Positions 1-11,880 of a stretch of 64,000 nucleotides of DNA are shown one piece after another. This DNA is from Carcharhinus amblyrhynchos. Its lineage: Eukaryota. The translations under genes were made by a program, and so were the position numbers. The notes under the pieces are model-generated. The model searched no databases, had not been told where the DNA came from, and saw only the letters and a list, made by a program, of their open reading frames with translations. Within the stretch, counting starts at the first letter, position 1, and every line of letters starts with the position of its first letter. Location of the stretch: assembly GCA_965287045.1 (NCBI GenBank), contig OZ336882.1, forward strand, positions 72,974,001 through 73,038,000, given 5' to 3'.

Positions 1-64
1 CAATCTAGACATTTTCTGGTTGAGTCACTACCACAAAGTTGGGAAACATTTTTATAGACATGTT

Positions 65-350
65 TTGTGAGGTGAAGGGCAGAGGGAGCGGGGGAGGGAG
101 GGAATAGAGGGAAGTCATGTGGAAAGAAGGCGGAGCGGAGGGAGGGGCAGGGAAGAGGGATGGACAGGTGTGGAGGGAGAGGAGGGGGGCGTGAGTCGCG
201 GGCTGAGGGAGAGGGTGGAAAGTCTTGAGGGTATGGGGGCGTGAGGGGGGAGTGAAGGGGGAGTGAGTGGGAGGACGGGGGGATGGAGCGGGTGAGCGAG
301 GGGGGAGAGGACGGTCGGGGGAGGAAGGAGATAATGTGTGGGTGAGTGGT
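65..350 (+). repeat. G/purine-rich low-complexity tract (homologs 15010-15290 and 49355-49630)
   Basis: Dense GGG/GGAG runs; the source of the spurious Pro-rich minus-strand ORFs. Confidence 0.85.
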
Positions 351-879
351 TGGTGGTTGGTGATAATGTATTGGTGAACGTCACAGTGAACTGTGTTCAT
401 GCATTTTGAAAGAGAGTAAGGAAGGTACTGCATCCATAAACTATCTGAAAATGATGTTAAGGAATAATGCCAAACGTTTGATGTTCCAACATGGCTAACA
501 AGTGGTCCTGCAAACCAGCAGAGACAGTTTAGTAAATACTTCGAATCGAACAAAGACAATTCTGGAAGGGCAGCTTACATAAAAGGTGGCTATCAAATTT
601 CAAATTAAATGAAGTGCTGAAGCAGGCAATGTTGAAATCGGTAATTCAGGGTCACAGATTCCGGGTGACCATCCAATGACATTGATATAGGTGTCGATTT
701 GCAGCATTACTTTGAACTAAGCCAGGTTTCCAAATCAGTCCGGATTGCTGACGACTTCCAGTCCAGCCTCCTCCCAGCTTTCCTTGTCTGATTCTCGTAT
801 CACACTCCACATTTTCCTTCTCGCTCACATACCTATACAACTCTCTCCTCATTGCCCATTCACCTTAGCTTGGCATGGA

Positions 880-1720
880 TTGAGAATTGTTCAGCAGGCT
901 GAACCACAGGTGGGGATAAATGAATAATTTCGAAGTTACAGGCGGTGATTTTGGTGAGACCACGACAGAAGTATTGCGTGCAGTTTTGGCCTCATGATCT
1001 GAGAAAGGAGTGGAGCTAATTTACAACAGACTGATTTCTGGGAAAGCGTGATTCCAGTATGAGATGAGAATCAGTTGAATGTACATGCATTAGCTGTAAA
1101 TTAGAATAATTTGAAAATACAAATATATCTGACCTGTTTGGAAAGATTGGATGTTGGGATGCCATTTCGATGGCAGAGTGGGAAGGGGCTCAATAATAAG
1201 ATGTCACGACTTTCGTGCACTGGTGGGCCATTAACGATTGAGATGAGGAGAAAAGTCTTCACTCAGAGAGTGGTGAGCCTGCGGAATTCTCTACTACAGA
1301 TGATGGTGGTGGTAAATAAACTGAATATATTTAATAGCAACATGTAGGCAGACCAGAATAAGTTCAGGAGGTTGAAACCAGATAGGGTGGGATTTTCGTG
1401 TGAGGAGACGTTGAGCAGCTTGTGCCTGTTTAAAAGAATGAGAGACGACCTTATTGATACATATAATACTCATCGACCTTCTTGACACATATAAGGGGCT
1501 TGACAGGATGGATGCTGAAACAGTGGTTCTCCTTGTGGGACGGTCTTGCACTAAGGGGCATTATCTCAACGTAAGGGGTCGTCCGTTTCAGACAAAAGTG
1601 AGGTGTAATTTCTTCTTCCAGGAAATACTGAATCCATGGAACACTTCAATGCACGGGCTTATCGAGGCTGTCTCGTTAAATATACCCAAAGTTGAAAAAA
1701 AGCTCATTGTAAGAGGGCTT
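880..1720 (+). mobile_element. Highly decayed CR1 fragments upstream of gene A (homologs ~16000-17270 and ~50350-51610)
   Basis: Translated remnants FTQRVVSLRNSL, DLLDTYKGLDRMD and NFFFQ.ILNPWN; gtattgcgtgcagttttgg (YCVQFW). Confidence 0.7.
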
Positions 1721-2158
1721 CAGTGCAGAAAAAAAAGATATCTGATTGGAGCTGTATATGGCTTTGTTGAAACCACAGCGGTGTTAGTGTTTAGTCGCTG
1801 CTATTAGCATCGCTATAAGATGAGCAACAGAGATGTTAAACAAACTTCAAAATAGTCATGTTAGAGACACATAACTATCAGCGAAAACAGCGTTAGGTTG
1901 TACCAGTCACATTTTTATTGAGTTAGCACCAAGGACAGAATCATTTAATGCCAATGCTGACACTTTTAAGCATTTTCTATCAAGCTTTTTTTTTGCGAAA
2001 ATATCAAACCCAGAAGCCGAGACACTTCAGCTCCGGGGATTTTGGTGCGTCAGGAGTGCACTTCCTCTGAGATTCCAATGATTCGCTTGGTGACTTCAAA
2101 GGGGGTCTGGACCCGGGTGCGATGAGGGAAAAAAAAACCTTTATTTGTTCAGTTACAA

Positions 2159-2215
2159 TAATTAATCACGTGCAACATTATGTCACGAGCAGAGACTAGA
2201 TTGTTACATAAATGG
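2159..2215 (+). promoter_or_regulatory. Putative proximal promoter of gene A: TAATTA + E-box CACGTG + TATGTCAC + CATAAAT
   Basis: Motifs visible 75-130 nt upstream of the ATG; the E-box is also present at 17766 and 52080. Conservation partly reflects recent duplication. Confidence 0.3.
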
Positions 2216-2290
2216 GGCTCATTGATACTTGAGAGATCTACTTTGCGTGGAACATAAGAATTCGGAGGGAAATCCCCGCCTCTTCGTGAA

Positions 2291-2360
2291 ATGGTGCGCG
2301 CCGCAATCCTGCAAATAAAGGACATTTACTATCCTCTGCTTGCGACCTTTGGTGTTCCAG
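2291..2360 (+). CDS. GPR139-like: GPR139/GPR142-like GPCR gene A, coding exon 1 (MVRAAILQIKDIYYPLLATFGVP)
   Basis: ATG at 2291; 70 nt (23 codons + 1 nt) ending CCAG|GTAAGT. The phase-1 intron splices in frame to the acceptor at 3981, giving FGVP-ANIMTIVILS, which matches the TM1 of GPR139 (LGLPANILTVIILS). Too short for the ORF track. Confidence 0.9.
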
Positions 2361-3349
2361 GTAAGTCCGAGTATATCCTGTCGATGAATAGGTATGAGAC
2401 TATCTGACGTGTTGTCACTGATTATTTTTTAACAACTTGCCCATCATAATATCATAAAGCGCTACTCCAGTAGGCAGCTCTTCTCTCTTCCCAATAATAA
2501 CTTTAAAAGCTTTATATGCAATGAATGATTATTCGAGCTACAGTCACTTCCATCCCACCTCTTGGAAACATAATTTGTCGATCATTTGTTTAAAGAACAA
2601 CAAATGCTTCAATGCGCATCCGGAGATTCCTCCATGTGGCTTAACTCACCACTGAAGATCTGGTCATGTTATTGTGGGATGTACTCAGGCTCTTACAGTT
2701 CAAGATGGAGTACACCATCAGCTGTATCTAGCGCTCAGGCAGCCTTTAAGGTGGCTGTCGATGTTAAAAGTGCATCTTCAGGCGACAAAGAAGAGCATGT
2801 CCTCAGGCTTCTTTGCCGAGCTGCTATGTTACTCTACAATGAAACGATGCAACATGAAAACAATTCCTGGCCATCTCAATGGGCCAGGGGAATTTCATGA
2901 GCATCAGCGGGCATGAGCAATATAAAACGTAGTTTTGGAGTAATTTCCACGATTTCACACACGTAGGTATAAGTACAGTCAGTGAAAAAAATCTTAAATG
3001 TCGTCATTTGCTTCCGGTTGTGCCACAGAATAGATGACGTGGCATCCATGGCTTTCAAATTGTTTTTGCAGTGATTCGAACTCAACATGAGGAAATCCCT
3101 CTTTTTTTTGCTCTGATGCCAACTGCCAGAAATGAATATCTACTTCAGCCTTTTAGCTCTTCCCAGTAATGGCACAAATTATTCCGGGCCGTTATTTGGA
3201 ATTGCAAATGTAAGCTGGAAAAAAAATTGACAAGGAAACACATTACAGCCCAGTTGAGGTTTCCCCATAAGCCTTGACTAGTGATTAATCCCCGCTCCAT
3301 TATTCAGCTTTACGGATATGTACAAAAAAAAATCTTCATGGTTCGGACA

Positions 3350-3630
3350 GGAATGCTGAAATCAAGCAGTCAGCGTTGGAGATAAGCAACACGTCAGGTG
3401 GCACATGGTGGTCAGGAGACAGGGGAGGACAGTCACCAAGCATAAATGAGTATCGGACAGCACCATGGTGACGCTAAATGTGGGACTGCAAGGACGCTAA
3501 ACAAGTGATGTAATGAGAAAAGAAAGAATTAGCGTTTATACTTCTATTGACATCCCACAAAATTGAAAGGTTACCTCTGCTTCTCTTTCCACGCAGGCTG
3601 CCTGACTTGATTTCCAGCATTTCTGCACTG
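3350..3630. mobile_element. Palindromic Penelope-type repeat remnant in the receptor intron (homologs ~19075-19350 and ~53250-53530)
   Basis: Arms atgctgaaatcaagcagtcagc (3354) and gctgcctgacttgatttccagcat (3597) are reverse complements. A related element lies at 46760-46940. Confidence 0.55.
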
Positions 3631-3980
3631 CGCTCACTGTTAAGGAAGAATCTCCCGCTTGTGAGTCGCTGTTGAATATTCCCCTTCAATTGGTGCTTAA
3701 AACTTATAATACTCCTCCCCCACCACACCCGACCTTCTTCCACGCCCCCCATGGCTTTCCTCTGCTCGTTTGTTCCTTTATGTTCTCCAACACAGTCGAT
3801 TCCCTTTTCTTCTGGGATAGATTATTTAATTTGGTATTGATTTTTATCCGTTTATTCCCTCATTCCCATTAAAGTGTTCTGTTTACTTGGCACATGCAGA
3901 CACTCTGCTAAGTAGTCAAAGAGACAAACTTTTCTTTCAGATTGACTGAAGTGCTCTTATTTTCCTTCTTCATCTTCCAG

Positions 3981-4885
3981 CGAACATTATGACCATCGTG
4001 ATCCTCTCCAGAGGAAATTGTGGTCTCTCCAAATGTATCTCCGTCTACATGGTGGCTATGGCTGTAGCGGATCTGCTGATCATGGTGTTCAATGTAGTCG
4101 TGTATCTGATCTTCAATTACCACTTTCCGCACTCCATTCTGTCCTACACTGCTGTGTGTAAGTTCATTCTGTACATTACTTTTGTTAATTTGGATATGTC
4201 AGTGTGGTTCACAGTTTCATTTACATTTGACCGCTTTGTTTCCATCTGTTGTCCGAACTTTAAAGAGAAATATTGCACGAAGAGAACTGCAACTACGATT
4301 ATAGTAACGGCCGCCGCTTTGACCTATTTAAAAGGTGTCCCTATGTTCTTTTCGTACGAAGCTGAACAAAGCATTGACAATGTGCACTGGGGCTGTCGGA
4401 CAACGCAGGCCGTTTATACATTGCCCGCATGGTCTGTGTACAGCTGGATGCAGTCAAGCTCACTTGTGCTGCTGCCTTTTGCTCTCATGATGCTGTTTAA
4501 CTCTTTAACCGTCAGACGTATTTTGTTGGCAAATCGTGTACGCAGAGGCCTCCGGATTAGTGGAAATGAGAATCAGAATGATGCAGAAGTGAAGAGCCGA
4601 AGAACATCCATCCTCCTGCTCTTCACGATAACAGGCAGCTTCATAATTTTGAGGTTAACAGCTGTTGGGAGTTTTGCAGCCACCAGAATGACGAACAGCG
4701 TTTACCATCAAGGAGATTACTCCAATCCGGGATATATCGCCACTGAGAGTGGATATCTGCTCATGTACCTGAGTTCTTGTTCTAACACCTGCATTTATGC
4801 AGCGACCCAAAGGAAATTCAGAGGAGAACTAAAGACTGTGCTTAAATTTCCTTGGGCATATTTTTCCAAATTGGTGAAAGGTTAG
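3981..4885 (+). CDS. GPR139-like: GPR139/GPR142-like class A GPCR gene A, coding exon 2 (TM1 end to C-terminus; spliced protein 324 aa)
   Basis: Polypyrimidine tract plus CAG acceptor at 3980; contains the 298 aa ORF 3989-4885. Motifs: TM2 AMAVADLL, TM3 Cys (AVCKF), TFDRF (DRY motif), ECL2 Cys (WGCRT), LLPF..FNSLTVRRI, SNTCIY (NPxxY variant) and helix 8 RKFR. Confidence 0.92.
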
Positions 4886-5017
4886 AAAAAATTTAAGACA
4901 ATAAATGATTTCTCTCCAAACTGAAGCATTATTTTTCATATGTTTTCCTGTACAATAATGCTCCCCTTCTTAGAATCTGACAATGCGATATGTTGTTAAA
5001 TGATATAAATGATGTTG

Positions 5018-5023
5018 AATAAA
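5018..5023 (+). terminator. Putative polyadenylation signal of gene A
   Basis: AATAAA about 130 nt after the stop codon, kept at 20882 (gene B) and 54926 (gene C). A second AATAAA at 4900 is lost in C. Confidence 0.45.
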
Positions 5024-5489
5024 AGTTGATGAAAGCAAACACTTGACGTGATCACCAAAGCACAACACCCTCAGAGATCATGTGGTGCCACTGGAGAATG
5101 GATGTGTGAACTCATCAACTACGATAGTGCAGTCAATGTTCATTCTTACACCTTGCCTATTAATGGAATAAATTAGTTGCTCTATTAATGCTTGTTCGGA
5201 TAAGGAACCGTTGCTAAAATTGTATGTGGGGGGAATTATGGCCGAAACGTTTTCTCTTTCAATGCAGGGATAAAGATCAGCACGAAAGGCGACTGAATAT
5301 TTGTTCGATAGATGCATGTGAGTACACCACATTGCACAGAGAGCTAGGGAGAGACTTGTTGTTATCGAAAAGGAAAGGTACTTATGCAAAATGCTTAAGA
5401 AATGCAGCGCATCAACGAGAGATGCTGGGCCAGCATGATATTACATGGGTGGCGTTGGTTGGAGGGCGTGGGGTGGAATTGGGCTTAGG

Positions 5490-6070
5490 ATGTGGTGAAT
5501 AGGTAGAAATGTGGCACACTTACATTTATTCACCGAGATGTAGAATATAAGGGCAGGGAGCTTACGATGGAGCTGAATAAAGCAAACTTCAAGGCATAGT
5601 TCGTGTTGTGTCTGCATTTCTGGTCATCACACCAGATAAAGGTTGTGTGGCGAGAGAGGGCGTAAAGGAGATTTACGATGCTGCCTGCTCAAGGGAATTA
5701 CCACTACAAAGAGAAGCTCAGCTTGGCTTGTTTGTTTTCCCTAGAACAGTGAACGCTGGGGCGGGGGATGGGGGTGAGGAATAGGGGTGGGGTAACGATC
5801 GGAGTGTACAGATTTTGAGGTACATAGGTGGGCAATTATCAAATTCTTAAAGCTGTCAATGACCAGAGGACATAGGTTCAAATATTTAAATATAAGGTTC
5901 TGGCGGGAGATTTGGAGGAAATTTGAGGAAAATGCTCTGTCTCGCAAGGGGATGATGGAGAGTCAGAAATCATAGACTGAAATTGTTGTAGAATTGGGGA
6001 ACATCACGGTATTAAAAACACACACACACATTTAGAGGAGCACTTAAAATGCCATAATATATCAGGCTAA
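5490..6070 (+). mobile_element. Highly decayed CR1 3' fragment downstream of gene A (homologs ~21450-22010 and ~55410-55980)
   Basis: Recognisable CR1 3' ORF2 sequence (tagaatataagggcaggga, ttctggtcatcacacc, accagaggacataggtt, gatttggaggaaa). Confidence 0.55.
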
Positions 6071-6829
6071 AACTCTACGAGATAAGAGGTTTGAGTGTGC
6101 GGAAAGAGCACCGACTGCCAAAGCACTTCATTCAAATCAGAATGTCGGAACCAGAGGTAATGTGTTGGTGAAAAACATTAGTAGCCACATGCGCCTGGGA
6201 CAATGATAAGGAAATGACAAAAGAGCCAGAAAGGATTGGAAAAAAAATGCATATAACAGCGCTAAATTCGGCTGGGCCGGGGTGGGGCGCGGGGTGGGGG
6301 TAGGCTGGAAACGACCTGGTTACGCTGGGAGAGAAACAGAGGCGTTACTGTTACTGAAGTTTTAAAGAAAGGCCGTGGAGAAGGAATGTTAAATTTGGGG
6401 GGAACGTTACACCTTCGACAGAGCGATTGATTTAATTTAGTATTCTCAGGAAACATAAAAAGTTGGGAGAATCAGGAAATAGAGGGAAAATAACCATTTG
6501 ATTTACTTACAGAACTGGGGAAATTTATAAAAAGAACTCAAAATTTTGTAAACACCAACAAAGGTGTTTAACATCAATAAAACAATTAAAAATCTAGTTA
6601 TGTTTTCTGTGTTAAAAAAGGGGCACATTGTCAAAAAAATGTTGTAAACAAGCCAAGTTTGAAACAACCAGAACGTTAAGCCATTCAGTTCTATTCAGGG
6701 TGATTCTTCGTATTTTAAAAATTTGCATCAAATGATAGGAATTGTTAATTCAAATCGAAATACAATCTGAAAGGGGAAAATGTTTATTCGAAGTTGCACA
6801 AAAGAAAGTGGATGGCGCAATTTAAACAC

Positions 6830-9150
6830 AAGAAAATAAGAACTCAGAGTTCGAGGAGACCATCCGGCCCGTCGTGCATGGTCCCCCATCAGCAAGATCA
6901 TGGGTGATTTTTTCGAGGACTCGGCTCCACTTACCAGCCCACTAACCATGGCCCTTCATTCCTTTACTGTTCAAAAAATTATTTATCCTTGCCGTTTAAA
7001 AAAAATGTCAATGAGGTAGCCTGAACTGCTTCACTGGGCTGGAAATTCCACAGATTCACAACACTTTGTGTGAAGAACTTCGTCCTCAGCTCAGTCCGAA
7101 ATCTGTTCCCCCTTATTTTGAGACCATACCCCAGTTCTAATTTCATCTGCACTGGAAATATTTTTCCTGTTTCTACCATAGCTAATCCCTTCATAATCCC
7201 ATATGTTTCTAAAAGATCTCCCCTGATTCTTCTCAATTCTAATGAGTCTAGTCCCAATCTACTCAATCTCTCTTCATAAGCCAAACTTCTCAACTTCGAA
7301 TTCAACCGAGTGAATCTCCTCTGCATCCCCTCCAGTGCCAGTACGTTCTTTCTCAAGTAAGGAGACCAAAACTGTACACATTACTTCAGGTGTTGTTTCA
7401 CCAGAACCTTATATAGCTGCAAAGTAGCCTCACTGTTTTTTAAACTCCATCCCTCCAGGAATGAAAGATAACATATCATTTGTCATCTTAATGACTTGCT
7501 GCACCTGCACAACAACTCCTTGCGATTCATGCACAAGGATACCCAGGTCGCTCTGCACAGCAACATGCTGCAATATTTTACCATTTAATAATAATCAGTT
7601 GTGCTGTGTTTTCTGTTCTTACCAAAGTAGATGACGTCACATTTAGCAATATTGCTCTCCATTTACCAGATTCTTGCCTATTCATTCGAGTATTATAGCC
7701 CTTTGCAGACTTTCAGCGTTCTCTGCACACTTTGCTCTGCCACTCATCTGAGTGTCATCTGCAATTTTCTTGACACACGACATCTGGTCCCCAACTCCAA
7801 ATCATCTATGTAAAGCGTAAACAAGTGTAGTCCCATCACTGATCCCTGAGGCACATCACTCGCCACCGATTGACAATCTGAAAAACAACCATTTATGCCC
7901 ATTCTTAGCTTACTGTTAGTTAACCAATCTTCTATCCGTGCTAATACATTACCCACAACACGGTGCACTTTTATCTGATGCAGCAGTCTTTGGTGCAGCA
8001 ACTTGTCAAATGCCTTCTGGAAATCCAGAAACATCACATCCACAGGTTCCCTATTGTCCACCGCACGTGTAAAGTTCTCAACGAATTCCACCAAATTAGT
8101 CAAACATGACCCTCCCTTCATGAACCCGTGCTATGCCTTACTGATGGGACAATTTATACCCAGATGTTTCGCTATTTTTTCCTTGGTGATCGATTCAAAC
8201 ATTTTGCCTAGAATAGAATTTAAGCTAACTGACCTATAATTACCCGCCGTTCGTCTAACTTTTTTAAAACAATGGCGTCACATATGCTATATTTTGACTC
8301 AAAATACTGCTCTACTCCTCAGGAATTTTCTCATTTTCAGTTAGTGCATCTCCCTTCTCATCCGCTCAAGGATCAATGATTATTTTAGCCACCCTTTTTC
8401 ATTTCATATATTACCAGAAATTTTTGCTCTCTTTTTATACTCTGAGGGAATATGAGAGTAAATTATCTCAGAGTCTTACCTTTCTTTCTACCTTTTTCAT
8501 GGCATTATGGACCCTTAAATATTTCCCAATCCTCTAGTTTCCCACTAATCTTTGACACTCTGTATGTATTTTCTTTCAATTTAATACCTTCCTTTCTTTG
8601 CTTCGATGTCCATGGCTAATTGTCTCTTTTTCTGCAGTCCTTCCTAATCACTGGTAAATACCTTTGTTGTGTACTGTGAGAAATCTCTTTGTAAGTCCTC
8701 CACTGTTCCTCAATTGTCCCACCATAGTTTTTTGCTCCCATTCTACCTGAGTCAATTCCTCCTTTATTCCATTGTATTCTATTCTGTCTTACGCACAGCC
8801 ACGGGTATTGGATTTTACCTTCTCACACTCCATCTGTATTTTAAATTCAAGAATACAGTGATTGCTTCTTCCGAGGGGATTATTGTAAGATCAATAATTC
8901 TTCCTGTCTCATTACACAGGACCATGTCTACGTTAGCTTGCTCTCTCATAATTTCCATTACAAACTGTTCAAGGAAGCTATCACAGATACATTCTGTGAA
9001 CTCCTTCTCAAGGCTGCCTTAACCGACTTGGTGTGAACATTGACATATAAATTAAAATCCCGATGATAATGAGTGTCCTTTTTTTTACTATTTTTCAAGA
9101 TTACATTTATCATTATTGACTATTCCGCGATAACAGCGCCAACTCATTTC
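6830..9150 (-). mobile_element. Old, decayed CR1 LINE (endonuclease-linker-RT-3'UTR), copy A
   Basis: Minus-strand ORF pieces FLDFQKAFDK, VPQGSV.G..LF..YIDDL and LEGMQRRFTR; tail AAGAAAATAAGAAC at ~6830. Confidence 0.88.
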
Positions 9151-9899
9151 GGGCTATTCAGAAATGGCAGTGACCTCACAGTAGTTTCGTGACATTGTGA
9201 GGAGTGGAAATTTAAAATCAGCAAAATAATCATAAGAATGAGATAAGTGGTCCAAAAAACAGTGCGGATTTAAACATGAATAGCGTCTTGTTTCGGACAA
9301 CTGCTGATAAAATGCAACCTGCATTCACTCGAAATGTTGTCCTCTGGAATGCAAGCACTATCTCATTCTTCATCTCCACAAGGCCTGCTGAGTTTTGCCG
9401 TTGTCTGAAACGTTCACACAATGTCACTAAAATGAAATTGCGTCCACTTTATAAATTCAATATTCATGTTTTAAATGAGAAATAGTTTTTATTCATATGG
9501 TGCTGTTTGTTAAACAACAGCCCATGTCAGGCCTCTCCATAACCTAAGATCGTTTACTCTCAAGTCAGTTTAGTTAGTGTCAGTAAACCTTTGGTCCTGT
9601 GTTTTACAAGCCTATTCCACTCTTCCTGCCCCACCTGCCCCCGCCCACATCATTTGCCGCTCTCGGTCGTTGGGCAAAGACCTCTTGAAGCAACTAAATG
9701 GATATTTCTCAGTATCTAAACTTAGTTCTTACTACTTCTTTCGAATTTCCTATTTCTCCCTTCCTTACCCTATCTGCTGCCACTGATGCTGTAACGTCCG
9801 TGCATTTAGAAAGTCGTGCAAATCAATTTGTGATTAGATGTACAATCACGGCTAACATTAGGATCACAATTCAATAATAAAGTTCCGTGAAGGAACGGT

Positions 9900-11400
9900 G
9901 AATTCAGAGAGACTATCCAGCCTGGAAGCCAAGCACCTAAGGTAAATAGTGCAAGGTCTTTGTGTTTCCTACCTCCATCTTCATGGATACAACTAGATTA
10001 CTTGCGTTTTCTGAACTGCCTTGTATATAAGTGCAAATACTCTTCCAATTACTGCACATGTCCCTCCTCTTACTGCCTAGATTCAATCCAATGTCATACA
10101 TTGTTGAAGTCCCTCTGTACACATGACAACCATCTCATGAATGATCATCTTGAGGGCAGTTCCTGTATTGACAATTTGTTCCCAATGTAGCTCAGCTTTG
10201 TAATTTCTTGGATTGTTCGAAACACTCCATATTGGAGAAACGTTATGCCAAAACCCGGGCACCTTCTATCATAGCTCGCCAGCATCTTGGTATATGAGTG
10301 AGTTTATATATTTACAAAGCTTTCTTCGCTTAACAAATATCCCTGTGAAGTTGGTTCCCAGATCAGAATCCAAGTGTAGAGGCATGCCTGAACGAAGTAT
10401 TATTTCATTTATCAATCAAAACCATTGTTTTTGGCTGTAGCATCTTTGCACGGGAATGCTTCAGCCTAACATGGAGACTGATAAATGATCACCAGATAAG
10501 AGGTCTTTCCTTACACTTTGTTTAAGGGCCCTATCAAATCCATCTGCTTATTTCTCCATGGCCCTTTAGGTCATGTCGTTTTACCCATCTTGACTCTGCA
10601 GCGATGACATAATTCTACTCGGATGTTTTACAGGTACCTCTGAGCATCTCGCAATATCTCCTCCTTGTTGTATATGTGGTCCTCCTCTGTGTGCACTAAT
10701 CTGTGATATGTCTCCAATAAGTTTTGTTGTCCTACTTCCGGGGCTGTTATTTAGCGTTCCCTTCTCCATACACCATTTTGACCTCTCTTCCCTCCCCGTT
10801 TTCCCATTCCTGTTTCTCTTCCTCTGTGGCCTGTTCCTGTATCTCTTTCACATGAATATCTGTGATTCCCTGGCTTGTGCTGGTTTCCTGGACAGGTTTA
10901 TTGGATTCTCTTTCAGTACCCACTGTCATTTGCAACACGTATTGGATTAGGCACAAAATATATCACATTCGAATATTCATGTGTGAGCAGAAATTTCAGA
11001 TAATGGAATCCACATTCCAACTTGATTCCAGCATTTCGGTACAAGTGCCATCCATCTAACGAGTATGGCATCTCTTCATATCAATGAAATTCAAAATCAA
11101 AGGAGATTGAAATAAGGCAGGGTGAGAAGGTAGCATTCCACCCAATCGATTGTTTGCTTCCCTTGCGAAAACTTTTGAAATTTGACTTGGCTCTGCTCCC
11201 AAAAATTGAAATGGATCACTAGATTGTGTGAGGGTTCTGAACTCTTTCTGCAGACCATCTTATGACTCTTCATTCTTTCGCATTGAAGTTTCATCATCAT
11301 TTTCTGAGTAAATGTACAGTACAATCTGTACATCACAAGTGGTAGACTTCGGTTATTGGTGGCATTGGTGAGTCCCAGCTACTGAGTGCAGTGCTGGCTT
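9900..11400 (-). mobile_element. Decayed endogenous retrovirus pol fragment (connection/RNase H linker to integrase), copy A
   Basis: The minus strand translates to QMDLIGPL...YLVII...AEAFPCKDATAK and LINEIILRSGMPL.LDSDLGTNF (integrase core); the linker DIHVKEIQEQATEEEKQEW (ORF 10747-10956) is typical of class I/epsilon-like ERV pol. Confidence 0.75.
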
Positions 11401-11439
11401 AAACTATGGAAACTCCTCTGATCGGCCTCCAATGCCAGT

Positions 11440-11880
11440 ATGATTTCCCCTCGATAAAACAAATGAAGGCATTCATAATATTCAAGGGGTTGTGAAAATT
11501 ACCTGTTGCACAGTTTTAATGTGCCTTCCCTCATTTTTTCTTCATTCTGTTGGAAATAAAGGCAGACATTCCGTTTATCTTCCCAATTATCTGCTGAATC
11601 TGCATGCTTGTATTTGTGATGTATATACAAGGACGCCTAAATCCTTCTGTGTTGTAATTTTCTGCAGAATGTCTTCAGTTAAATAATAATCAGCTTATCT
11701 ATTGTTTCCGAGTGAAGCACAAAAGCTCACGTTGTTTTTGCATTATATTCCATCTGCCAAGTTTATCCCATCTGTCGCAACGAGTCCATACGTCTCTGTT
11801 GACTCCTTGTGTCATCACAGTAACTTGCTTTCCCATTTTTTGTGTCATCTGCAAACTTGACAAAAAATCCATTCACTTCC
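11440..11880 (-). mobile_element. Decayed CR1 RT fragment (homologs ~29310-29750 and ~62360-62800)
   Basis: gtgtcatctgcaaacttga encodes KFADDT on the minus strand; adjacent CR1-like sequence. Confidence 0.6.

Noticed and set aside
5-559. 184 aa Pro-rich minus-strand ORF (and 14921-15371, 49290-49694)
   Set aside because: Product of the G-rich low-complexity tract; the frame is not kept between copies.
652-852. 66 aa ORF repeated at 15775 and 50117
   Set aside because: Recurrence is explained by the recent segmental duplication; no recognisable domain or splice signals.
2700-2900. Possible Harbinger transposase remnant in the intron
   Set aside because: Only a faint resemblance in translation; cannot be supported by eye.
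3908-4132. Antisense ORFs over receptor exon 2 (also 19772-19987)
   Set aside because: Shadow frames of the coding strand; absent in copy C.
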